64,000 nt of DNA, taken from Octopus bimaculoides. Taxonomy: Eukaryota. The stretch covers positions 39,589,881 through 39,653,880 of the forward strand of contig NC_068982.1 in NCBI RefSeq assembly GCF_001194135.2, read 5' to 3'. The position numbers and the translations under genes were made by a program. This document shows positions 53,120 to 64,000 of the stretch, piece after piece (the stretch's first letter is position 1; each line of letters starts with the position of its first letter). Under the pieces are notes generated by a model. It was not told the origin of the DNA and did no database searches. It saw only the letters and a list, made by a program, of their open reading frames with translations.

Positions 53120-54535
53120 TGTTAAAAATGTTTTGGCGATGCCCATAACTAGAAACAAGAGAAAAAACATACCTAACCAAACACCACAACCAAATTACAA
53201 AGATCAACAGAGAAAATATGTTAATAATAGAAGAAATGATAGACAAAAAAGAATCTATTTTGTCTATTTTGTTAGGACAGCAAACACTAAAGAAAAGGTC
53301 CAAGAAGAAACAACTGCGAAACAACTGATCGGATATTTCATACAATTATTAGTCTGTTAAAAAGAAAGATAGACAGTGACGAACTTCGATTATTAATAAA
53401 GGGATTAAAATTCACACCTACAACTACAGTCAGTGGATATGGAATATTACCGGGATCGAACTGAAGATCATTTAAATGATACAACATTCTACCATGAAAT
53501 ACCTTCAAATATTGACCACCGCATCATGAAGAAACTCAGTTATTTAGTCTCAAAACGTTATAACTCCCTCACTTCTAATGACAGGGACTATATTACCAAT
53601 CTTAAGTCGAAATCCAGCAACTTTTATGGCTTACCCCAACTACATAAGTCAAAAGAAATACAGGACGTTATAAAGGGACCTAGTTGTGAATACATAAAAC
53701 TATTATAACCAAAAGACCTTAAACTAAGGCCCATTATAGCTGATCCAGCCTGTCCTACACATTGTCTGAGCAACCTCCTTGACATTATCCTAAAACCACT
53801 ATGTAGTCACATACCCAGTTTCATTCGGGATGACATCGATTTCCTCCACATCTGCCAAAAACCAACAGAATCCCATTCACTGTTAGTTTTGATGTAACAA
53901 ACTTATATACGAACATTTCACTTGATTTGGGAATTACTGCCATAAAATATTGGGTTGAGAAACATAGAGAAGCAATCCCCAGTAGATTTACTGTAACCTT
54001 CATACTAGACGTAGTCAGCCTCATCCTCGAAAACAACACATTCCTCTTCAACGAAAAAAACTACCACCAAATTTGAGGCCCAGCTATGGGGACGCGATTA
54101 GCTCCATTTTTCACGAACTCAGTATTGGGATAATTGGAACAAAACCTATATTTAAAAACATGAAGAGAACTACGGCATGATCTTTGAAAGACATATAGAG
54201 GACACATGAAAAAGATACCTCGATGATTATTTCCTAATTTCGACTAAATCCTTAGAAAATGTAAATGAATTCAGCACCCTCCTCAACAATCTACACCCTG
54301 GTCTCAAATTCACAAGAGAAATGAGCAACACACAATTACCACTTCTTGACATAATGGTAATTAAAAACAACACCCCAATCACAACTGATATTTATTACAA
54401 AAGCACAGATACACACCAGTACCCAAATTTCAAATTGTGCTACGCAACACACACAAAACACAACATCCCGTATTGTCTAGCCAGGAAAATGTGTACTACA
54501 GTCGATGATCCAAATACCAGAAACACACGAAACTG
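53120..54535 (+). mobile_element. Penelope-like element RT ORF, decayed; GIY-YIG not seen
   Basis: LLIKGLKFTP, FYGLPQLHK, LRPIIA..ACPT, FDVTNLYTNI, LILENNTFLFN, G.AMGT.LAP, RYLDD, NLHPGLKFT, LPLLDI, YYKSTDTHQY. All are typical PLE RT motifs; stops and frameshifts present. Confidence 0.92.
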
Positions 54536-55659
54536 GGGAAGGATTATGTTGAATAAAATCATATTTAACTGTATTTTCATTTATCTAAATCCAGAAAATT
54601 TTCAGTACCCTCTATCCTTATATATGACTTGTTTCAACTATCGAACTGGGCTAAACCGGAACACTGCTTTAAAGAGTTTAGTCAACTAAAACGACCCACT
54701 ACGTATCGAAGCCTAGTGCTTATTCTATCCTTTTCTTATTGCTGAACCACTTCATGATGGGAATGTAAATAAAGCATCATTATTTGTGAAGTGGTTGTGG
54801 GTGACAAGTACAAACAGTCTCACACACTCACACAAAACCACACGCGCACGCATACATACAAAGTCATATACATACATAATACATACATACATACATACAT
54901 ACATACATACATACATACATACATAGATACATACATATAGACAGACGGACAGACAGATATACATACGTACGTACTTACGTACGTACGAAGGGATTCACTG
55001 GCACTGAACTTCAGAATATGCGGTTGGCAAGCAAATTCTGGCCATAGAGCCATGCTTCTCATAAGTACAGAATTTTGCATTTTTCATCTATGGTATCAGT
55101 TTCACTATTTGCTAATTTGTTTTTTATCGCAGAGGACGTTCCTCAATCTGATTGTCTATTCCATAGTACGGAATCTAACATATATAGCAGGAAGCTAATA
55201 TCGTGGTGGACACCGAAATTTCCATATTTACTCAGTATTACCGACAAAAGCAGCATTAGTTCAAGTCAGCGATCAGAATATATGTACATAATTAACCGTA
55301 GGAATCCTTCTAAACAGCGGTGTTCGTCTCAAGAATGCATCTCTTATGCGAAAAACACAGAATTACATCAGCAGCACACTAAGATCGTCCAGTTGGGCTA
55401 GATCCAGATTTCTGCTATTTTTAACATCATCGATAGCAAATATATCAAGCGAACATAGCTGCTAACTGATATAGTTAAACGGTAATTGAAAGGTCAGTGA
55501 TGTCGCATTTAGCCGGCAAACTGAACAAAATGTCACTGTTTGAGATAGAAGCATTATTATTTCAAGCAAATTTATGCCTTAGATGGCTTGTCATTAAGTA
55601 AACAATACATACATACATACATACATACATACATACATGCCTACGTACATACATTTATA

Positions 55660-56425
55660 TACGAGGTCCGATCAATGAGTATCTGGACTTTTGCTATAGT
55701 AACAAAGCTGAAGCACACAGTGTTAAGCCGCTTGGCAAAGATTGACCTTGAACTCTGCTGTGCATGCTCACTAAGTTTTAACGCTTTAACTTATTTCCGC
55801 TGTTTACAATAGTGTTTGGAAGGAAGGTGTGTAGCGTGTGATCATCGTATTGACCATGACAGAGAAAAGTGTTATACCTGCTCAGAGGATTGCGCAAAGT
55901 TGCAGAAAGTGTATGGAGAGGAGTGTCTGAGTCGCTCACAAGTAAACGAGTGATTCAGGGGTTTCTTTGAGAGGAAATCGTCGAATCACCATCCATGCGT
56001 TATCAAAGGATGTGCAGATTAGTTACGGTTCAGTTCAGTATATCATCACTGAAGATTTGGGTATGAGACGTGTGTCTGCCAAGTTTGTGCCAAAACTGCT
56101 TTCAGCTAACTAAAAAGACACTCGGGTTTCAGTTGCACAAGATCTTAATTGTGTCGAGAACGATGAAAACTTTTTTGAAAACTTTGCGTTGGCCTCAGAT
56201 CAGGTATCACCAAGTATTTGGCAAAATTTGATGCCGATTCTCTGCTCAACTTTCTTTGTCATGGTCAATGCGATGATCACACGCTACACACCTTCCTTCC
56301 AAGGACTTCTGTAAACAGTGGAAGTGAGCTAGAACGTTAAAATTTAGTGCACATGCACAGCAGAGTTAAAAGTGAATTTGCCAAGCGGTTTCGCTCCGCG
56401 TGCTTCATCTTCGTTACTATGGCAA
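55660..56425 (+). mobile_element. Non-autonomous mariner derivative with an inverted duplication of its 5' region
   Basis: TA+cgaggtccgatcaatgagtatctggac TIR start. Transposase pieces LQKVYGEECLSRSQV and YIITEDLGMRRVSAKFVPKLLS. Segment 56250-56425 is the reverse complement of 55691-55868. Confidence 0.88.
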
Positions 56426-57649
56426 CGCGCGCAAACGCCCCCCCCCACATACACACACAAACATACACATATATATATACAGGAACATCAAATTATAAAT
56501 AATAATGACCGAAGTAATCTTGAATAATACAAAGCCATAAGATGAGATTAAAGAATGTAAACACGTCCGTTCTACACTAACGAAGTACGGGAAATTGGAG
56601 GTGCAGGAGGAACGATTAACAAATTTTGAATGAAATAAAATGATCCGGATACTTCCTACTCTTTTTCTCAGACTAATGTGATCATAGATCAAATATGTTT
56701 GCACTGTTGTAAACATCACTGCCAATTGCTTTGAAACACTTAAATACATTTCAGTACTCCTGACCCCCGCTGTGTCGGCGGTCGTGTAGACATATATATT
56801 TTTTGTATATATATTAAAATAATGAATTAACGTCTGGTCATAGAGTGTCCCGTGGTTACGCATATACGAACATCGTAGCTTCTTGGGCAACTCATCAGAC
56901 ACTACTCCGAAGAGAAATTAACTCTTCACCTATTGGAGCTGGAAAGTTATTACGGTCAGTGGTCTAATAGTCATCGGAGAATAAAAAGTCCGGTGATAAT
57001 GATGACTAACTACATTCATATCGAAGCTTGCTACGGAATTTCTATTTCGATATATTTGGGGGACTTAGATATATTCACGACTTTGCATCTACTTTTCCGT
57101 GGATATGTCTAAATATTTCATTTATTTTCATCTTGTGTTCTTCGCTGAAGAAGGAAGAATCCTTTTTGGATTAATCCAGAAATCGGAACCGTTGCGGGGA
57201 TAACTATATTTTTATGAATTTCTGATAGCTTGCTTCCTCATTCTGACACGTGATGTAATAATATAAGTGAATATATTTTATGTGGTTAGACGATTTATCG
57301 TCTATTTTTCAGCATATTGGCCAAGAAATAGGAGGTGTAGACTACCTCGGTTACACTTACTTTATTTGCGGTATTTATAGCATTGCTTACCGAGTAGAAG
57401 TGAGGTTATATCTAATCATATCCTTGAATACAAAATTTCAAAATCATTTATTGTTGAAGCTGGTTACAATATCGAAGATTTCTTTCAGTGGTTAAATACT
57501 TAAGTAGTTATCTGGAACGACCGCAGCCTTTATAAAAGCTCCGTTTCTTTTAATCCAGTAATACACATTCCTGAAACCACTATAATTTATAACGCTCTCA
57601 CACTTGTTTCATAATTTCAAATCATTATCAATGCATGCACGATTCTATG

Positions 57650-58600
57650 TAGTAGATTGAATCGATAATGGACTATTTACCTGTAAATTGCACCCTTAAA
57701 TTTTCTCTTCAAGTGTCATCCAGTAATAGGTATTTAAGATCCCATTACTTTTATATTGCTTCATTCTTCCTTACACCTTCAGCTTTAATCCATTCATGCT
57801 CATTTCAATATAGCAACATTCGATTTTCCTCATAATCATATTCTTAAAGGCCTTCAACTAATACTTCTTTAATTCCACTTTTGGCCTCATTAACTTCAAT
57901 AACACTGACAAAGGTTTTAAGTAACAAATAAACGTGTTAGGACTCAAAATACAACACTGGAAGCTACAACATAACAACCCATACATATAACAAATATTTC
58001 TTAAACGGGCAAAGCTTGCTTTCTTCCTGTTACTTGGCAATAACCTGGTATATAAAACCCTGGCGTATTATGATCAAAACTCTTTACACACAACCAAGCT
58101 CATTGTGTATAAGACAGTTAGGCAGCTTATTGACGGTGACTTAAAAAGTAGAAAATATACAACCGAGGTATTGTGATAATCATGCACATCCCGTTGCTCG
58201 ACCAAGCAAATGCTTCTTGCTTGGAAACTATGTTAATGTGACATTACCTTTGAAGGGTTGGGCATGTCGTGCAAGTGCCAAATTAATCAATCACTTTTTA
58301 TACTCTCACCAGGTTATATTTCCTGGAGTTTAACACTGCGATTCTGCATAAATTAAATGTATACCTAAATGATACGCATTAGTATAAAGAGAAGCGCAAA
58401 AGGACCAACGCGGCGCCTCAGCTTCAACGAGATAACATGTCTAGGACTTAAGGCTCTTACACTGGCTTTTACAGTCATGAGCAGATCTGCAAATTTAAAA
58501 TTTAAATCTGAGGGACACTCATCCTTGGCCCTAGGAAATTTCCAGCGACGACGACCACAAACATAAAGCCATTTAAGTGTTAAACATTAGATTTTCAACC
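57650..58600 (+). mobile_element. Possible CR1/L2-like RT relic
   Basis: TLEATT*QP resembles PTLEY...WNP. Otherwise degenerate. Confidence 0.25.
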
Positions 58601-59899
58601 ATAACATGGATGAAAAGAAGACCATTACTGCCTAGTTTGAGATGAATTATAAAATATTGCATTTCATTCTTTTGCGTATGTGTGCATTTTTTTTTATCTA
58701 TTCCATTTCTCTATTTCCTCATCCTTCAGTTGTATCCGGTGCAATTTCAACTTCTCTTATTTTAATTTTTCTTGCTTTACATACTTTTCCGATCAACTCA
58801 TTGAATTTACACGAGTTTAATTTTCTTAACTTAGTATAGATAAATGGAGTAGCTATTGAATGGTGAAAACAAACATCTACAAATTAACCCATGTTTCAAT
58901 AGATTTCTATCAATAAATTCTAATGGCGCAACAAAATCATTATATTCAGTAAATAAATATTTGTGTGTATACAATGAATACATTACAACGAGTTCTCTAT
59001 AGAAATAAACTTAAATTCATCTCGTGCATGTTTTCTATACTACTTTATTTATACAATTACTAGTCTTTCAAGTGTAAAAAAAGCAATATTTCATTTTCCC
59101 GTTTGTGTTAGAAAGAAATATCTTGTTTTCGTATAATTCGACCGTCTTCGCGACTTCCTAATTATTTTTGTAATCATATTTACATATTTCTTACATTAGA
59201 AATTATTTACCGATTTGTTTGATCTCATAACATATTCTTTCTTTGGAGACTTATAAAAGGTTTTGTTTATAGTAGTTGGTCATGTAATTTTTTGAATTAT
59301 TATTTGTTTATTATATAGAGTGTTATGTATGAAAGCGTAAATATTTCGACTGGTAGGTCATCATTCTACATATGAGGACGCCCTAATTGAGAAAGGATTG
59401 TGATACAATTGAGATAGATGTTTCTGTTCATTTAAATATCATCTAAATAAGAAAAATATCGGGTTATAAATACAGAATAATACAAGTAATTAACATTTAC
59501 ATCGAGAAGTCATTTTTACCATTTAAATCACGAACATATGCATTTATATTCATAATTTTTTTTTACCGTGGATAACGTATACTATCATTGCTTTCATAGC
59601 AATAATTTATTAATGCACTAGAACTATGCCTATGAGTAGATTGCAGATGTGCGATGGTATGTTTGATAACTTGTAGTGTATAATACTATCACAAAGTGTA
59701 GATGAATTTAAAAGCACTTGTGCATTGTATATGGTTAATAGGTCTATTCCTCGATGCAATTATTTCAGCTTCAACAGAATCACTAATTCAATCATCTTCC
59801 AGAAAATCAGAGGACTTAAAAATGATTTTAGCGTAAAATTTCGTTGAATATATGAGGAAAGAATCATTGATGCAAGAGCGTTCATTAATTGAATACGGT

Positions 59900-60950
59900 T
59901 ATGTGTTTCTTTCCCAAAATAAAGTGAAATAAATTAAAGAGTGATAGCGAATTGCTGACAAAAATTCATAATCTGGATATAGAAGCTGAAGGTTTCGAAG
60001 CAGTTGTCCATATTTATCTTCTTTCCGTTTGATTTTCAAAGAAATATTCACATCAGCAGTACAGCTGACCTCTGTGTCGGTACATACTACTTGACTGTCC
60101 CAAACAACAATATCCAACTCGTCATGCTTACATTTGACTGTTGTTTTGATGAGAATGCTCCAGCAGTATTATTTGTGCTGATGTTCGTGAATGTATTCAA
60201 TAACAGGCGGGCTTCTCTATACTTTTTCTGGGACAGTCTTTTCCGAATGGCATTGTATATTGTTTTCGTGACAACGTCATATCGCATAGGGAAGGTAGCT
60301 CCTTGATGATATTTTTGGGCAGCTGCTCATCACATGCGTGATATCTTCTGCAGAAATATGACATAATTAGCATTTTCGGTCGCATCTTGGATTTCCAAAG
60401 ACTACACTGTCTCTTTTGTTTGTTAGATGTTTCCTATCAATCTCCTGTCCTCGGATTGCAAATGCAAGAGAGACTGCCCTTCATCTTCGTTATTACTATC
60501 TTCTTCAAATCTTCTGCAAACATACACATGCAAATTCTTTTTATGATATGCTGAGCTATTCCCATCTAGGTCTTCTTTGAGGTATGTTAGTCCGGCTGCT
60601 TTGAGAGAACATCAAAAAGAGAGTGCTTCCTCACGAGCTCCCGGTCAACATGTAGGACATTGCTCTCTTTATTTTTCAGCACTGAGTTAATGTATTTATT
60701 TTTGCAGATGTTGTTAATAGAATGCTGTCTGAGATAGAGACTATACTATATTCGAAGACTGTCTGCACAGACCTCTTTCACCTCTTCTTTGGTAGAACCT
60801 GTCGAAATCACTATTTTTCTGGAAATTTGTTGTTGATATCACTATCTCGCAGGTTTTAATCTCAATGGAATGGATTTCCATTAGAGAACAGTCAAGTATC
60901 CCAAATGTTGAAATCATCACTGGTACTACAATTGCATTGTGGGATATTGT
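59900..60950 (-). mobile_element. R4/Dong-like RLE LINE fragment
   Basis: RYDVVTKTIYNAIR (RHD.V), DIVVWD...EVSCTADVNISLKIKRKEDKYGQLLRNLQLLYPDYEF (RLE), with LAFAIRGQEI upstream. Confidence 0.82.
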
Positions 60951-62286
60951 CTTGTAAGAGGAGAATTCCGATTGCCATGTTTCTGATTCTGGGATGTATG
61001 AATGTATATATGTGCCTATCTCTCTATCTGTCTGTGTCTCTGTCTGTGTCTCTGTCTGTCTATGAAGGTATGTATGTATGTATGTATGTGTGTATGTATG
61101 TATGTATGTATGTATGTATGTATGTATGTATCTCTCTCTCTCTCTCTATANNNNNNNNNNNNNNNNNNNNNNNNNNNNNNNNNNNNNNNNNNNNNNNNNN
61201 NNNNNNNNNNNNNNNNNNNNNNNNNNNNNNNNNNNNNNNNNTATATACAGCGAGAGAGAGAGAGAGAGAGAGAACATACATAAATATGTATAAGAAGGCG
61301 AATGTGTTATATAATAACATTCGGAGCCCACAATTGGCTATGGACTGCATGCCAAAATAAACTCTTCTTTGATTTTACATACATGTAGATGTATGCTTAA
61401 ATGGAAGGTCAATTCCGTATACATTCTTGCAAGTATGCGAGTGTCCATACACAGTGGTGATACACGAGTATGCTGTCCTTCACTCTACTTTGGTGTCTTT
61501 AGTATTAAAATACCTAAAAACCTCGATTCTACTGGATCCTGCAAAGAATTATAATGTGTATGTGATACGTGTGTGTGTATGTGTGTGTGTGTGTGTGTGT
61601 GCGCCCGCGCATGAGCGTGGGTGTGTGCGTGTGCGAGTTTGTCTGTTTGTGTGTATGTATCTATCAGTATACATATAAATACATATATACATAAACGCCA
61701 GTGAATTCACTCACACTCCTTTCGTTCAGATCATACAGCAATCGTCACACGTCATTGTATGGAGACATCTTCATTCCAAAATGTTTTCATTTTTGTTTAC
61801 ATTGTTTAAAAAGATTCAACAAATGCCAGGGAGGTAAAAGCATAAAATAAAATAATTGAATATGCTCGACATTTGTAAATCAATGAAAATTAATTTTCAC
61901 ACAGTATAACCTAACGTGATAGAAATTTTTAAATGGAATTAATAATATAAATAGCGATGTTATGAAACCAATACCCAATGACACTTTATATTGAAATTTT
62001 TCTTTCTTGGCAACTAATAAGAAAATCAGTTTTAGAACATTAATTTTGGGACTAATAACACCTCTGGTAGAATTTGGTCCGAACCTATAATATCATTACG
62101 AAATCTCCATGAATTCCATGTCTTCATTCTTATATATCAAAATGGAACACTCACTGTAATTAATGATGTTTAATTTCCTTTCTAATTACTTTTCCGGCTA
62201 TGTTTTAACGCATGTAATTAAAATTTCCGTGGGAGGTTTATATCATGACTATTTCCCAATAATGCTTTAAATTAAATTCACTATAA

Positions 62287-62450
62287 CGTCGTAGCTGTGT
62301 GGTAAGAAGTTTGCTTCTCAACCACATAGTTCTGGGTTCAGTGTCTCAACGCCTGTGGCCTTGGGCAAATATAATTTACTATAGCCTTGGGCTGTCCAAA
62401 GCCTTCTGAGTGGATTTGGTTAACGGAAATTGGAAGAAATCAGTCGTATA
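62287..62450 (+). mobile_element. Family B SINE head (OR2/CORE-like)
   Basis: gtagctgtgtggtaagaagtttgcttctcaaccac...gggttcagt...ccttgggcaa...tatagcc...gagtggatttgg...gtcgtatatg. Confidence 0.85.
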
Positions 62451-63969
62451 TGTGTGTGTGCGCGCACTCGTGCGTGTATTTATGTATGTATGTATATACG
62501 TGTATATACAGGTATATACATGTATATACATATATATATATACATACATGTATATATACATATAAGTAAATATATATAAATACATATATATATCTGTGTA
62601 TGTATGTATGTATGGATATATGTATGTATATATACTTACATATACATGCATGCATGTATATGCGTTTTCGTGTATTTGATGGTCAGGGTGTGTGTGAGAG
62701 AGAGAAAGACAGACATACAGACAGAAACAGTGAGAGAGAGACAGAGGTTTTGGCTATATGTTCGCGTCAACAAAACAAAATGAAAAGTATAGAATACAAA
62801 TTTCGTATGCAAATATTTATAAACACTAGTATGTCATGTAATAGATCTCAGGTGTGTGTTGTAGTACTCACACGTTACACATTGATGCACACCCCCACAA
62901 ACAAACACCTATCTCAATATACATGCATATAATGCATGGTTATTATGTTCCCCAGGAAACGAAAAAAAGCACACATACACACAGAGATGCAAACACAAAC
63001 ACGCACACAGACACACACAAACAGAAAGACAAGAGAAGATATTTACAAGAATATCATTAACTGAAGCTCTGACGACTGATTAAAAGAATAATTATAATCA
63101 CTTAATCTGATATAAATTGAAAAGTTTATCCTCTAGTGTGAACATATATGTGAAGTATGAAATAATAACGTTAACAAAGAAAGTGAAATCTGATTATTAT
63201 TGCAGAATTCCGCAACGATTCTCATTTAATGCAGAGAAGTAAACATGATTTCGTACCTAATTTATTTCAGATTAAGATTTGCTTACACGTCGCTAATGCA
63301 AATCTGTTCCTATGAAAACCTTCATGTTTACAAAATCAAAGTCACTACTATTTTGACACATGTCATTAAATATGTAAATCGATATAATGTATGTATGTAT
63401 GTATGTATGTATGTATGTATGTATNNNNNNNNNNGTATGTATGTATGTATGTATGTATGTATGTATGAATGTGTGTGTGTGTATTTGTGTATGTGTGTAT
63501 GTATGTACGTATATCTATCTTTATATGTATTTATATGATTCTCCCGCTCTCTCTCTCTATATATATTTGCTCGAAACGGAAAGACTTATCCATTCTTCCC
63601 GAGCATTAAACCAATACACCTGCTGGTTCTTCTTGCATCAGTCTTCGTCTTGTTTTTTGTAAATTTAAACTATATGTATATAAAATAAATGTCACCATAA
63701 ACGATATCCAAACTAGAGTGGAAAAAGCTAGCCACTGGATTTGGATAAAAGACACGATGAGCGATGGCTAGAAGAATATTGAGCTTTATTTTATAACCAG
63801 TTAATCTAGTAACCGGGTCCTCATATCAGTGGGGCGATGCGCAATGATGCCGTCGAGTGATAGACCCCGAAACATCGCGCATTCTCTCCTGATGACCCCA
63901 TACACTTGCTGGCTTCTGGTATGCGGAACTATCGACTGGTAGCACTTGCATGTACAAGTTGCTTGCGAA

Positions 63970-64000
<31 letters not shown>

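Overview
AT-rich, repeat-saturated animal genomic DNA from a gapped assembly. About 14 N-runs occur, nearly all flanked by microsatellites. The two dominant tRNA-derived SINE families match, from recall, those of octopod cephalopods, so an Octopus-like genome is inferred. No long intact ORF exists. The window holds about 25 SINE copies or fragments, decayed LINEs (RTE, R4/Dong-like RLE, CR1/L2-like), a Penelope-like RT, Gypsy relics, two mariner relics and many microsatellites. Short minus-strand exons with good splice sites suggest the 3' part of a large-intron host gene that I cannot name. Its best exons are 3318-3386 and terminal 1083-1156; weaker ones are 28407-28474 and 28993-29100. The most notable non-annotated signal is a nearly canonical type I hammerhead ribozyme fold at 51847-51905, on the same strand as and just upstream of the Penelope-like ORF. 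Several decayed hammerhead-like tails lie elsewhere. Closely spaced inverted repeats (mariner arms, SINE pairs) could form dsRNA. All family calls are motif recognition by eye, not database hits, and repeat boundaries are approximate.
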